This document shows, one piece after another, positions 38,875 to 50,504 of a stretch of DNA of 64,000 nucleotides. The stretch covers positions 160,001-224,000 of the forward strand of contig CAVZJB010000014.1 in assembly GCA_963775425.1 (NCBI GenBank). Direction: 5' to 3'. The DNA is from an uncultured delta proteobacterium. GTDB taxonomy: Bacteria; Myxococcota; UBA727; VGSZ01. Position numbers and translations under genes: made by a program. How positions within the stretch are numbered: position 1 is the first letter of the stretch; every line of letters begins with the position of its first letter. The notes under the pieces were generated by a model, which saw only the letters and a program-made list of their open reading frames with translations, was not told the DNA's origin and did not search any database.

Positions 38875-39197
38875 GTTCCTCGACGACGAGGGAGAGTCTT
38901 CCTAGCAGACGCCCGATTTTTCTTTCAAGGACCATCTCGCGTTTTTGCAGAGACGTCGACGTGTCGCGCAGTTGCGTCCGGATCTTCACGCGTCGCCTCG
39001 TGCGTGCCGGCGCCGAAGACGCGACCGTGGCGTCGATCCGGGCGGATGTTTCGCGCGGCGCGTGCGCCTTTCGCCCCCGCGTGATCCGGGGGCGATCCGG
39101 CACCCGCCGGCGCCCGGTGCGCGCCCGAGCGTGCCGATCCACCCTCGATGCATCGTGAAGATCTGCGCGCGGGGGCCCGTGGCGCGCGGGCGGTCCA

Positions 39198-39226
39198 TTG
39201 ACAAGCGGCGCCGACCTCGTGAGGGT
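39198..39226 (+). promoter_or_regulatory. Putative rpmH promoter
   Basis: Perfect TTGACA (39198-39203), 17-nt spacer and a weak -10 GAGGGT. Confidence 0.45.
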
Positions 39227-39267
39227 CGGGCCGTTCTCCATCCCTCGTCGCGAGACGTGGAGCATTT

Positions 39268-39426
39268 ATGGCCAAGCCGCTTCGCACCTACCAGCCCTCC
39301 CGCATCAAGCGCATTCGCACGCACGGCTTTCGCGCGCGCATGGCCACGCCCGGCGGCAGGAACGTCATCAAGCGTCGCCGCGCGCACGGCCGCCAGAGCC
39401 TCGCGCCCACCGTCTACGAGAAGTAG
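39268..39426 (+). CDS. rpmH: 50S ribosomal protein L34 (not in the ORF track)
   Basis: Translates to [59 protein letters not shown]; divergent from dnaA. Confidence 0.97.
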   Translation: MAKPLRTYQPSRIKRIRTHGFRARMATPGGRNVIKRRRAHGRQSLAPTVYEK

Positions 39427-39449
39427 CGCTCTCGAGCCGCTGATCGCCG

Positions 39450-39854
39450 TTGCGCCCCTCGTCGATCGACCCGGAAGGCCTCCCGCGGGCGCGCCGGCTC
39501 CGTCGGAGCGCCGACTTCAGCCGCGTCGAGCGGCAAGGTCGCCGCGCGTCGGGCGCCTTCGTGACCGCGATCGTGCGCCAGGGCGGGGGTCGCGTGGGCT
39601 TCACGGTCTCGAAGAAGGTGGGCAACGCGGTGGTGCGAAACGCGGTGAAGCGGCGCCTGCGCGAGATCGCCCGGCACCACCAGGAGCTGTGGCGCTTCCG
39701 GGATCTGGTGCTCGTCGCCAAGCCGGAGGCGGCGGGCCGGTCGCTCGCGGAGCTCGCGGCCGACGTGCTCGCCACCCTGCACAAGCTCGACGAAGGCGGC
39801 GCACGGCCGCGAGGGAGAACGCGTGACAAAGCGCGTGAAGAAACGCCGCGCTGA
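39450..39854 (+). CDS. rnpA: Ribonuclease P protein component
   Basis: RLRRSADF, RVGFTVSKKVGNAVVRNAVKRRLRE; follows rpmH. Confidence 0.95.
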   Translation: MRPSSIDPEGLPRARRLRRSADFSRVERQGRRASGAFVTAIVRQGGGRVGFTVSKKVGNAVVRNAVKRRLREIARHHQELWRFRDLVLVAKPEAAGRSLAELAADVLATLHKLDEGGARPRGRTRDKAREETPR

Positions 39855-40377
39855 CGACGCGCTCGTCCCCGACGAGGCACAGCTCAACCGCGAGCTCGTC
39901 GACGACGAGCCGCCGCCGCGCGAGTCGCGCGGGGACAAGAAGCGGCGCGCCGAGCAGCTCGAGCGCCTGGGCGAGAGCCTGGTGAAGCTGCCCCCGGGCA
40001 AGCTCGCCCGCGTGCCCATGCCCGACGACCTCGACGCCGCGGTCCACGAGGCGCGGCGCATCCTCGACAAGGGCGCGCACGGCGGCTACCGCCGGCAGGT
40101 GCAGTTCATCGGGCGCATCATGCGGACGCTCGACGCCCAGCCCATCGCCGACGCGCTCGAGCGCATGAAGAGCGAGGACGCGCCGTCATCGGCGGCGTTT
40201 CGCGCGGCCGAGCGCTGGCGCGATCGGCTGATGGCCGAGGGCGACGCAGCGCTCGAGGCGCTCGTGCAGGAGAAGCCCGACGCGGACCGCACCCGGCTGC
40301 GGCAGCTCGTGCGCGCCAGGTCCACGCGCGTGCTCTTCCGCGAGGTGAAGGCGCTGTTCGATCCCCCGGCGCCGTAG
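39823..40377 (+). CDS. yjgA: Ribosome-associated YjgA/DarP (DUF615)
   Basis: LERLGESLV, RRQVQFIGRIMR, ERWRDRL, RLRQLVR. Confidence 0.88.
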   Translation: MTKRVKKRRADDALVPDEAQLNRELVDDEPPPRESRGDKKRRAEQLERLGESLVKLPPGKLARVPMPDDLDAAVHEARRILDKGAHGGYRRQVQFIGRIMRTLDAQPIADALERMKSEDAPSSAAFRAAERWRDRLMAEGDAALEALVQEKPDADRTRLRQLVRARSTRVLFREVKALFDPPAP

Positions 40378-40386
40378 CCCGGCGGC

Positions 40387-41442
40387 GTGCGGGCGCCACA
40401 GGGGCGCCGCGCGAGATCCGCGCCTCAAGCCGGCAGCGCGCGAGCCGATGCAGCGGGGGTGCCCTCGACGACCTCACTCTGCGTCGTGATCGCCCTCGCC
40501 GCGCCGGCGGCGGCGTGCGGCCACCACGTCCGGCACGCCCTGGAAGCGCAGGAGTCCGACACGTCTCTCGAGCCCGCGCTCGTCGAGCCGCTCTCCCCCG
40601 TGTCCGGCGTCGACCCGCGGCGCGCGCGGGTCGGGCGGCGCCTCTTCTTCGACAAGCGCCTGTCGCGCGACGAGTCGATCTCCTGTGCGAGCTGCCACGA
40701 TCTCGCCCGCGGCGGCGCCGACGGCCGGCGCGTGTCCGTCGGCGTCGACGGGCACACCGGCGTGCGCAACGCACCGTCGGTGCTCAACGCGGCGCTGAGC
40801 TTCACGCAGTTCTGGGATGGGCGCGCGCCGACGCTGGAGGCCCAGGCGCTCGCCCCCGTCGACAACCCGAACGAGATGGGCGCGAGCTGGCCCGTCGTCG
40901 TCGCCCGCATCCGCGCCGACGAGAGCCTGTCGCGCGATCTCGCCGCCGAGGACCCGCGCGGGGTCACGGCGGGGAGCATCGTCGCCGCCATCGCCGCGTA
41001 CGAGCGCACGCTGCTCCCTCTCGACAGCCCCTTCGATCGTTCCCTGCGCGGCGACGAGAGCGCGCTGTCCGCGCAGGCGAAAGACGGCTACCGCCTGTTC
41101 AAGGCCCTCGGCTGCGTCGCGTGCCACCAGGGCCGCGGCCTCGGCGGCAACATGTTCCAGAAGCTCGGCGTCGTCGTCGAGGTGCCCGTCGACGACCCGG
41201 GCCGCTTCGCCGTCACCGGCGACCCGCGCGACCGCTCCACCTTCAAGGTCCCGAGCCTGCGCAACGTAGCGCTCACCGCCCCCTACCTCCACGACGGCTC
41301 CGCCGCCACCCTCGAGGACGCCGTGCGGACGATGGGCTGGCACCAGCTCGGCGTCCACCTCGGCGACGCCGACGTCGCGCGCCTCGTCGCGTTCCTCGCG
41401 TCTTTGACCGGCGCGCCGCCGCAGGAGGATGACGGTGCCTGA
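40387..41442 (+). CDS. Di-heme cytochrome c peroxidase (CcP/MauG family)
   Basis: CASCH and CVACH, QFWDGRA, FKVPSLRNV..TAPYLHDG. Start codon uncertain. Confidence 0.88.
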   Translation: MRAPQGRRARSAPQAGSARADAAGVPSTTSLCVVIALAAPAAACGHHVRHALEAQESDTSLEPALVEPLSPVSGVDPRRARVGRRLFFDKRLSRDESISCASCHDLARGGADGRRVSVGVDGHTGVRNAPSVLNAALSFTQFWDGRAPTLEAQALAPVDNPNEMGASWPVVVARIRADESLSRDLAAEDPRGVTAGSIVAAIAAYERTLLPLDSPFDRSLRGDESALSAQAKDGYRLFKALGCVACHQGRGLGGNMFQKLGVVVEVPVDDPGRFAVTGDPRDRSTFKVPSLRNVALTAPYLHDGSAATLEDAVRTMGWHQLGVHLGDADVARLVAFLASLTGAPPQEDDGA

Positions 41443-43210
41443 GCGCGGGCGGAACTGGCGTCGCGCGCTCGCGGCCTTCGGCGGCGGCTGCGTCGTCGTG
41501 TCCGGCGTCGTCATCTGGAAGGCCGCGTCCTTCGACCCCGTCACGCAGGCGGCCGCCGCCGACGCCCTCGAAGACGTCAAGGTCGTCGACGGCGAGCTGC
41601 AGCGCTACGTGCTCGCCGCGCGCTTCGGGCTGCTGCAGCAGTACGATCCGCTCGTCACGAAGAGCCGCGAGCTGGCCGCGGCGACCGCGCGCGCGCGCGG
41701 GGCGATCCAGCGGCTCGACGGCGCCGCGGCGCCGCAGCCGGAGCTGCGCGCGCTCGACGCCGCCGTGAACGCGCGGCTCGCCGCCGTGGAGCGTTTCAAG
41801 CCGGCGAACGCCACGCTCGCGAACTCGCTGCGCTTCTTGCCGTCGGCCCTGCGCGCGGAGACCCGCGCCGTCGAGGCGAACGGGCCGCGCGAGCAGTGGC
41901 TCGCGGGCGCGTGCCTCCTCGGCGAGCTGGCGCTCACCGAGAACGTCGGCGTCAGCGACGCGGGCGCGCAATTCGAGAGCCTCGCCGCCACGCTCGACAA
42001 GACCGCCGCCGCGTTCCCCGCCGCGACGGTGCAGCAGACGGAGCTCCTCGTGCGGCACGCGCGCCTGATCGACAGCGGGGCGCGGGCGATGAGGCCGCTG
42101 ATGGCGACGCTCACCGACAACAGCGTCGAGGACGCCGTCCACCGGCTGCGCGCCGCCCACGACGTCGAGGCCACGCCCGGCGAGGAGTCCGCGGCGCGCT
42201 GGCGGTGGGCGCAGTGGGCGTGGGTGGCGGTGCTCCTGGCGCTCGTCATCGCGGGCGGAAAGAAGCTCGTGGACCTCTATGTCACGCTCGAGCGCCGGGT
42301 GGCGGAGCGCACCCAGGAGCTGCGCGCGACGCTCGAGGAGCAGCGCCGCATGGAGATCGAGCTGCGCCAGGCCCAGAAGCTCTCCGCGGTGGGCCAGCTC
42401 GCGGCGGGCGTCGCCCACGAGCTCAACACGCCCATCCAATACGTCTCGGACAACACGCTGTTTCTCAAGCGCAGCTTCGAAAAGCTCGTCGCCACCGCCG
42501 TCGGCTACCAGAGCGCCGCGCAGACCGGCGTCGGCATGGAGGCGGCCGATCAGGCCGCCGCGCGCGCGCGGCTGCCGTACCTCGCCGACGAGGTGCCGAA
42601 GGCGATCGATCAGTCCATGGAGGGCCTGCGCCGCGTGGCGTCCATCGTCACCGCGTTGAAGGGCTTCTCGCACCCCTCGCGCGGGGAGAAGACGATGGTG
42701 TCGCTGCGCGAGGCCGCGGAGACCACGTCCACCGTGGCGCGCAACGAGTGGAAGTACGTGGCCGACCTCGACCTCGACATCGCCGACGACCTGCCCTTGG
42801 TGCCGGCGCTGCGCGACGAGCTCAACCAGGTGATCTTGAACCTCGTGGTGAACGCGGCGCACGCCATCGAGGAGAAGAGCGCGGGCACCGAGCGCCGCGG
42901 GCGCATCACGATCTCCGCCCGCGTCGCCGGCGACGACGCCGAGCTGTCGGTCACCGACGACGGCGCGGGCATCAGCGACGAGGTGAGGCAGCACGTCTTC
43001 GAGCCCTTCTTCACCACCAAGCCCGTGGGGAAGGGCACCGGCCAGGGCCTCGCCATGGTCTACGCCGTCGTCGTCAAGAAGCACGGCGGCGTCGTCCGGC
43101 TGGACTCGGAGCCCGGCCGCGGCACCACCGTCACGATCTCGCTGCCGCTCGGCGAGCGGGGCGGTCCCGATGACGTCGACGCCACCCCGGCCCCGGCCGC
43201 GGCCGCCTGA
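41429..43210 (+). CDS. Sensor histidine kinase with DAHL-like periplasmic domain
   Basis: 2 TM, ARFGLLQQYDPL, AGVAHELNTP, N/G1/F/G2 boxes. Confidence 0.9.
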   Translation: MTVPERGRNWRRALAAFGGGCVVVSGVVIWKAASFDPVTQAAAADALEDVKVVDGELQRYVLAARFGLLQQYDPLVTKSRELAAATARARGAIQRLDGAAAPQPELRALDAAVNARLAAVERFKPANATLANSLRFLPSALRAETRAVEANGPREQWLAGACLLGELALTENVGVSDAGAQFESLAATLDKTAAAFPAATVQQTELLVRHARLIDSGARAMRPLMATLTDNSVEDAVHRLRAAHDVEATPGEESAARWRWAQWAWVAVLLALVIAGGKKLVDLYVTLERRVAERTQELRATLEEQRRMEIELRQAQKLSAVGQLAAGVAHELNTPIQYVSDNTLFLKRSFEKLVATAVGYQSAAQTGVGMEAADQAAARARLPYLADEVPKAIDQSMEGLRRVASIVTALKGFSHPSRGEKTMVSLREAAETTSTVARNEWKYVADLDLDIADDLPLVPALRDELNQVILNLVVNAAHAIEEKSAGTERRGRITISARVAGDDAELSVTDDGAGISDEVRQHVFEPFFTTKPVGKGTGQGLAMVYAVVVKKHGGVVRLDSEPGRGTTVTISLPLGERGGPDDVDATPAPAAAA

Positions 43211-43216
43211 GCACGC

Positions 43217-44743
<1,527 letters not shown>

Positions 44744-44939
44744 CGCGCCAAGAGTAGCGCGCTCGGCCGCGGCGCTCTCGTTGGGCCACCGACCCGCGAC
44801 CCACGACCCACGACGCCGTCGCGCGCGTGAGCCTGCCCCGGGACGCCACGCGCCGCGCGCGATCGACGCACCGCGGCGCGTGGGCGCTGCCGGATTGCGC
44901 TTCGAGGCTCGCGTGCTCTCATCGCGGGTGGAGGTCCGC

Positions 44940-45452
44940 ATGCGCTCGTCCCCGCTCGTCCGCTCCGCCGCCGTCGCCTTCGCAGTCGTGGCCGCGATGC
45001 TCGGCAGCGCCCGCGCGGACGCCGCGCCGAGCGGCAAGCTCGAGGCCGCGGTGGTCGCCAACGCCGACGCCGTCGTCGAAAAGACCGGCGAGCCCGAGGT
45101 GCAGTTCGTCGCCACCCACATCGTCGCGAGCGACCTCGCCAACAAGCGGCTCGTCTGGACGCTGTTCGTGAAGCGCAAGCTCGCGCCCTGGACCGCCGCG
45201 CGGAACTACCCCCTCGGCACATCGTTCGCGAAGAGCGCGCGGCAGCCGCTGCCCGACGTCAAAGGCGCGCTCCTGTACGCCACCCTCGCCACCGACGGCT
45301 TCCTCCCCGGCGAGCACGAGGCCGCCGTCGTCGCCACCGTCGCGGGCAAGGAGGTCTTCCGCGAGGAGCTCTCCTTCGTGCTGAAGGCGCACGCCTTCCA
45401 CCCGCTCGCGAAGCCGCTGCCCGCCATGGCCGGCGCCACCGCCCGCCGCTAA
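44940..45452 (+). CDS. Secreted hypothetical protein
   Basis: GGAGG RBS and signal peptide ending ARA-DA. Confidence 0.65.
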   Translation: MRSSPLVRSAAVAFAVVAAMLGSARADAAPSGKLEAAVVANADAVVEKTGEPEVQFVATHIVASDLANKRLVWTLFVKRKLAPWTAARNYPLGTSFAKSARQPLPDVKGALLYATLATDGFLPGEHEAAVVATVAGKEVFREELSFVLKAHAFHPLAKPLPAMAGATARR

Positions 45453-45625
45453 ACACCGATCAGGTTGCCGCGAGCGTTCGGACGCGGCTCAGACAACGAG
45501 CCGTTCCTTCTCGAGCTCCGCGCGGCGCGCCGAACGCCGGAGGGGCGCCTTCGCGCTCGCGATCGCAACCACGTCGAGCACGGGCTGGCACGCCTCGCGA
45601 CGCGCAGCGGCCCCCGCGCTCGCTC

Positions 45626-45682
45626 CCGTGGGCGGCGCAAGAATCTCTTCGAGCGCCGCCACGCCTCCGTCGTCAACCTGCG
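45626..45682 (+). repeat. Dispersed ~60-bp repeat, copy 1 (possible transposase relic)
   Basis: Near-identical to the reverse complement of 50839-50898. Confidence 0.75.
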
Positions 45683-45824
45683 GCCAGGCTGTTCGTGGGG
45701 CTGCGCTCACGGCACAGCGACGAGAGCGAGCTGCACGACGTCCTCGCGCTCGACGACTTCTGCGCGCACCCGCCCCGCTATCGCTTGCTCGGGCACAACG
45801 ACTGGATCCTCGGCCGCGGCGACG

Positions 45825-45986
45825 TCACTTCGCCGGCTTCTCGCCCGTTTTCCTCTCGGCCTCGAGCTTCTCCTTGAGCTTCTCGAGGCGCCTGCCGCTG
45901 CGGTCGCCGATGGTGGACCGGTAGAGGATGGAGCCGAAGGCGGTGAGCACCACGGTGAGCGCGCCGATGACGATGGCTACTTCCAT
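45825..45986 (-). CDS. Small single-TM protein (53 aa)
   Basis: ATG overlaps the upstream stop (TGATG). MEVAIVIGALTVVLTAFGSILY followed by a charged tail. Confidence 0.6.
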   Translation of the reverse strand: MEVAIVIGALTVVLTAFGSILYRSTIGDRSGRRLEKLKEKLEAERKTGEKPAK

Positions 45987-47377
45987 CAGGCAAGAACCTC
46001 GGAGACCGGCGTGTTGCTCGATTCGAGGCCGTTGCCAATGGAGGACCGGGCGCTGCCCATGGCCTCGAGGATGGTGACGAGCACGTTGTTGGTGTTCTTG
46101 CGGATGCCGAGGGTGGTGCCGCCCCGGACGTGGATGCCGGGGAACTTCATGGCGCCGCCGCACTTGCCGGCGAGCACGATGGGGTAGTCAGCGTTGCTGT
46201 GCGTGAGGCCCTCGGCGAGGTCGCTGGTGGCGAGCCACAACGACTGGTCGAGGAGGTTGCCCGCCCCCTCGGGGGTGTTTTGGAGCTTCACCAGCAGGTC
46301 GTTGAAGCGGGCCATGGTGTAGACGGTGCAGGCGTGCACGAGGTCCTGGGTGGCGTCGCTGCCGTCGTGGGTCATGTCGTGGTGGCCCGTGGTGACGCCG
46401 GGGACGTCGTGGAACACGGTGTAGCCCACGGAGCCCGTGAACATGAAGGAGGCCGTGCGCGTGATGTCGCAGGCCATGGCGAGCACCACGATGTCGCTCA
46501 TGGCGTCGTTGACGGCGATGAGCTGCTCCTCGCCGCCGACGTCGCTGTTGTCCTCGGTGACGGGGTCGGGGATCTGGCAGGCGCCCGACAGCACCGGGGG
46601 CAGCGCGAGGATGCGTTGGCGCAGCTCGCTGATGCCCGTGAGGTGCGCGTCGAGGCGCTGGCGATCGTTCTGGCCCAGGCGGCCCTGGAGGGCGCGCGCC
46701 TCGTCGGCGACGGCGTCGAGCACGCTGACGCGCAGGTTCTGGCGCGGGTCCGTGGAGTCCGGCGGCGTGAACGAGCCGAACATGCGCGTGAACAGCGCCG
46801 CCGGCGAGCGCTCCGGCTCGATGGGGTTGTCCGGCCCGCGGTGCGAGATGAACTCGAGGGTGGGCCCCTCCGACGTCACGATGCGCTTGCTCACGCCGAG
46901 CGCGAGCACGGGCTTGTCGGGCGACAGCTCGCTCGCCAGGAGCTGATCGATGCTCGGCCCGCCGAACTTGGAGCTGTAGTTGGAGTTGGGGTGGTCGAGG
47001 GCGATGAACTCGACGCCGGAGAGCATGCCGCTCTCGCCGCCGTGGTGGCCGCGCGGGCCCGCCGCCTTGACCTCGTAGTTGGACACGACGTTGAGGTAGT
47101 CCTTCACCGGCGCGAGGGGCGCCAGCGCCGGCGACAGCGTGAAGCCCGCGCCGGTGTTCGGCGGGTTCCAGCGATCGAGGCGCACGCCGTTGCCCCAGAA
47201 CCACACGCCGAAGCGCTTGGGCAGCGCGCCGCCGTCGGCGAGGGCGTCGCCGTGGTCGTTGAGCATGATGTCGAGGGCGGGCAGCGCGATGGCGACGCCC
47301 GCCGCTCCCCGCAAGAAGGTCCGGCGCGACAAGCTCGTGGCGCGGGGGCGGGTCCCCCGCTTGAGACGGCGGCTCAT
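45986..47377 (-). CDS. DUF1552 family Tat-exported protein
   Basis: SRRTFLRG, GPSIDQ, SVLDAV, D..RLDAHL, ACDITR. Confidence 0.88.
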   Translation of the reverse strand: MSRRLKRGTRPRATSLSRRTFLRGAAGVAIALPALDIMLNDHGDALADGGALPKRFGVWFWGNGVRLDRWNPPNTGAGFTLSPALAPLAPVKDYLNVVSNYEVKAAGPRGHHGGESGMLSGVEFIALDHPNSNYSSKFGGPSIDQLLASELSPDKPVLALGVSKRIVTSEGPTLEFISHRGPDNPIEPERSPAALFTRMFGSFTPPDSTDPRQNLRVSVLDAVADEARALQGRLGQNDRQRLDAHLTGISELRQRILALPPVLSGACQIPDPVTEDNSDVGGEEQLIAVNDAMSDIVVLAMACDITRTASFMFTGSVGYTVFHDVPGVTTGHHDMTHDGSDATQDLVHACTVYTMARFNDLLVKLQNTPEGAGNLLDQSLWLATSDLAEGLTHSNADYPIVLAGKCGGAMKFPGIHVRGGTTLGIRKNTNNVLVTILEAMGSARSSIGNGLESSNTPVSEVLA

Positions 47378-49056
47378 GGGGCACCCTCCGGGCGGGCTAC
47401 GCGTCTGAAGGCGTCCGACGTGGCGATGTCGACGAGGGCCTCCTTCAGGCGATAGCCGCTGTCCTCGAAGGCCTGGCCGACGAGGTCGAGCGACGGATCT
47501 TCGCTGTCGGACTCGACGTGGCCGGTGGCCTGGCGGAAGAGGTTTCGCACCAGGCACATGGGGACGTCCGCGGAGTCCCCCAGCGCCCGCTCGAGGGCGA
47601 TGCCGTCGGCGACGGGGACGCCGTCGACGTCGGTGGCGGTGTTGATGGGCAGCCCGCGCTCGTGGGTGCGGAAGCGGCCGACCTGATCGAAGCTCTCGAG
47701 CGCGAAGCCGAGCGGGTCCATCATCGAGTGGCAGCCGGCGCAGCTCGGGTTGTCCATGTGCGCCTCCATGCGGTCGCGCGTGGTCTGCGGCAGGTCCTGC
47801 TCCGTGGGCTCCGGCAGCGTGGTGTTGACGTTGTCCGGCGGCGCGGGCACCGCCTGGCACATCAGGCTCTCGCGGATGAACTTGCCGCGCAGCGTGGGCG
47901 AGCTCCTGTGCTCGTGGGCGAAGCGCGCGAGGAACGCGCCCTGCGTGAGCAGGCCCGCGCGGTGCGTGGAGGGATCGAGCGTGACCTTGACGAACTGCGG
48001 GCCGCTGCCGGGCAGGGGGAGCCCGTAGAACGAGGCGAGGTCGTCGTTCAAAAAGGTGTAGCCGCCGGAGAACAGCTCGCGGGCGTCGGCGTTCCTGTCC
48101 CAGACCACGTCGTCGATGAAGCGCAGCGACTCCTGGCGCATGTCGGCGCGGACGTCGTCGGTGAGGCCGGCGTCGGGCCGCTCGACCACCGGCAGGAAGT
48201 CGGTCATCCCGAGCTTCTCGTCGAAGAACTGGTGCAGCGCGTCCCGGGCGCGGGGATCGTCGAGGAGCTGCTCGGCGTAGACGCGCACGCCGTCTTTGTC
48301 GTCGAGGTCGCCGCGCTCGGCGGCGTCGAGCAGGGCGTCCGACGGCGTGGTGCCGAGGAGGAAGAACGACAGCCGCGACGCGACCTCGTTCCCCGTGAGC
48401 GGCCGATCGTCGCCGCTGCCGGCGCCGACCTCGACGAGGTAGATGAAGCTCGGCGACTGGAAGATGCCGGCCACGGCGAACTCGAGGCCCATGTCGAAGT
48501 CGCCGTAGCCGTCCTTGGCCTCGGCCCAGATGCCGGTCCAGCGATCGAGCTCCTCGGGCGTGAGGGCGCGGCGGAAGGCGCGCCGTCCGACGGCGGAGAT
48601 GATCTGGCGGGCGCAGTCCTCGTCGTCGAACGCCGCCGGCGCGCACACGCGCCACGACTGCGGCGCGCCGCCGTGCACCGCGATCTGCGCCGCGGCGAAG
48701 GCGTTGTCTTCGATCTTGTCGACGTCCGTGGGGTCGAGGGCGAGGCTGGCGCTGCCGACGGTGGCGAAGCCGTTCACCGGGTGATCGCCGAGGGGCTGGA
48801 CCGCCGCGGCGGCGTCGTCGCCGAGGATGTCGCGGATGGCGTTTTCGTACTGGTACGAGACCAGCCGCCGCAGCCGCGCGTCGGCGGGGGCGAACGTCCC
48901 GGGGCGGTCCGGCAGCGTGTGCTCGCCGTCGTCCCCCGGCTGGCCCGGCTGGCCCGGCCCGCCCGCGACGTGGCCGTGGGGGAGCTGGACGGTGCACGCG
49001 GGCGCGAGCGCCGCCGCACAGGCGGCAAAGGCGGCGATCCAGGGCGCGCGTGGCAT
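47374..49056 (-). CDS. DUF1592/DUF1588/DUF1595-type c-type cytochrome-like lipoprotein
   Basis: LRRL...YENAIRD, AFRRAL, ASRLSFFL, SPTLRG, CAGCH..MDPLGF. Confidence 0.88.
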   Translation of the reverse strand: MPRAPWIAAFAACAAALAPACTVQLPHGHVAGGPGQPGQPGDDGEHTLPDRPGTFAPADARLRRLVSYQYENAIRDILGDDAAAAVQPLGDHPVNGFATVGSASLALDPTDVDKIEDNAFAAAQIAVHGGAPQSWRVCAPAAFDDEDCARQIISAVGRRAFRRALTPEELDRWTGIWAEAKDGYGDFDMGLEFAVAGIFQSPSFIYLVEVGAGSGDDRPLTGNEVASRLSFFLLGTTPSDALLDAAERGDLDDKDGVRVYAEQLLDDPRARDALHQFFDEKLGMTDFLPVVERPDAGLTDDVRADMRQESLRFIDDVVWDRNADARELFSGGYTFLNDDLASFYGLPLPGSGPQFVKVTLDPSTHRAGLLTQGAFLARFAHEHRSSPTLRGKFIRESLMCQAVPAPPDNVNTTLPEPTEQDLPQTTRDRMEAHMDNPSCAGCHSMMDPLGFALESFDQVGRFRTHERGLPINTATDVDGVPVADGIALERALGDSADVPMCLVRNLFRQATGHVESDSEDPSLDLVGQAFEDSGYRLKEALVDIATSDAFRRVARPEGAP

Positions 49057-49138
49057 CGATCCTCCGGCAGGCGGGCGGACAGTACAGGAGAAGGGTGCCG
49101 GGGAAACCACCGTCGGTCATCCGACGGAGGACCGATGC

Positions 49139-49879
49139 CTAGTCGTGCGTTTCCCCGGGGGGCCACACGGGGCGCGGCAGCCACGCCCGCACGTCGAGGC
49201 GCCCGGCGTAGTGCAGGAGCGGGGGCTCCGCGGGCAGCGCCACGCCGATCTGCTCCGTCATCGCGCAGGAGAGTCCCTCCGCCCGCGCGGGCTGCAGCGG
49301 CCAGGGCGCGTGCGCGATGTCGCCGCGGAGCACGCGGCCGCCGTGCGCGGCGTACAGCGTGAGCCGGTCGGTGAGGAAGTGCTCCAGGGAGCCAGGCGCC
49401 GCCTCACGAGGCGGGCCGTCCGGGGCGTAGCGGAGCTCCAGCCGCGCCGGCGCCGCGCCCGCGTGGGTGCGCGTGCTCGCGTAGGCGACGGCGTCGCCCT
49501 CGCGCGTGACGCGCATGTCCGCGTCGAAGTAGGGCAGGTGGAACCCCGCTCGTGCGGCGCGCACCGCCAGGCGGCTGGCGGCGTCGAGGGAGAAGAACCA
49601 CACCCCCGGCGTGCCCCGGCAGGTGACGTACGTCCGCACGTTCAGCTCGGCGAAGCGCGCGGCGCCGGGCACCGGCGGCGCGAAGCGCGCGCGGACGCCG
49701 CTCATCACGAAGGGCACCACGCCGATGAAGGCGCGCCCGTCGAACGTGTCGAGCGACAGGCCCGCGGGCAGCAGCGGCGCGAGCGCCTCGGCCGGCAGCG
49801 GCCAGTGCAGGAAGAGCAGATCTTCCCACGTCATGCGCATGGCCCAGCGCCGGGGGTGTCGTTGCGCGGCGTGGGGCAC
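49139..49879 (-). CDS. YqjF/DUF2071 family protein
   Basis: WEDLLFLHW, ELNVRTYV, GVWFFSLDA, HAPWPLQ. Confidence 0.88.
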   Translation of the reverse strand: MPHAAQRHPRRWAMRMTWEDLLFLHWPLPAEALAPLLPAGLSLDTFDGRAFIGVVPFVMSGVRARFAPPVPGAARFAELNVRTYVTCRGTPGVWFFSLDAASRLAVRAARAGFHLPYFDADMRVTREGDAVAYASTRTHAGAAPARLELRYAPDGPPREAAPGSLEHFLTDRLTLYAAHGGRVLRGDIAHAPWPLQPARAEGLSCAMTEQIGVALPAEPPLLHYAGRLDVRAWLPRPVWPPGETHD

Positions 49880-50042
49880 GGCTCTCACGCTCCGCCGCTT
49901 AGCGCCTGGCCCGGGCGCAGGGAACACGCAGCGGGTGCGGACCGGCCCTGGGTCGATCGCCCGACACCGCAAGAAGTGCCGCCGGCGTCGTGGGCGCGGC
50001 GCGACGACCGGCTGGTGGATCGCGGCTTGCTGCACCTCTGCC

Positions 50043-50504
50043 GTGCCGAACCACATCGACGACAACCGGCGCGAGGCCCTGGGCCTGGTGCGCCGCCCGC
50101 TCGCCCTGCTGGCCGAGGACGACCTCGACGTGCAGGAGGCGCTCGCGTCGTTCCTCCTCATCGAGGGGTACGACGTCGTCACCGCCGGCAACGGCGCCGA
50201 CATGCTCGACGCCCTCGCCCGCTCCGCCGGCGACGTCGGGCGCGACGCCGACGTCATCGTCACCGACGTGCGCATGCCCGGCATGAACGGCTTGAGCATC
50301 GCCGAGGAGCTGCGCGCCGACGGCTGGCGCCAGCCGATCGTGATCATCTCCGCCTACGACGACGCGCTGCTCTTGAGCCGGGTGCGCGGCCTGCGCCGCT
50401 GTGCGTTCTTCGCCAAGCCGCTCGACCCCGAGCGCTTCGTGCGCGTCCTCGACGAGCTGCGCTTCACGCGCTGGCCCGCGACGAGCAGCATGCACCGGCG
50501 CTGA
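50043..50504 (+). CDS. Single-domain response regulator
   Basis: LLAEDD, TDVRMPGMNG, IISA, AKP. Confidence 0.88.
   Translation: MPNHIDDNRREALGLVRRPLALLAEDDLDVQEALASFLLIEGYDVVTAGNGADMLDALARSAGDVGRDADVIVTDVRMPGMNGLSIAEELRADGWRQPIVIISAYDDALLLSRVRGLRRCAFFAKPLDPERFVRVLDELRFTRWPATSSMHRR

Noticed and set aside
38875-39267. oriC call
   Set aside because: No consensus DnaA boxes or clear AT-rich unwinding element, so not annotated as an origin.
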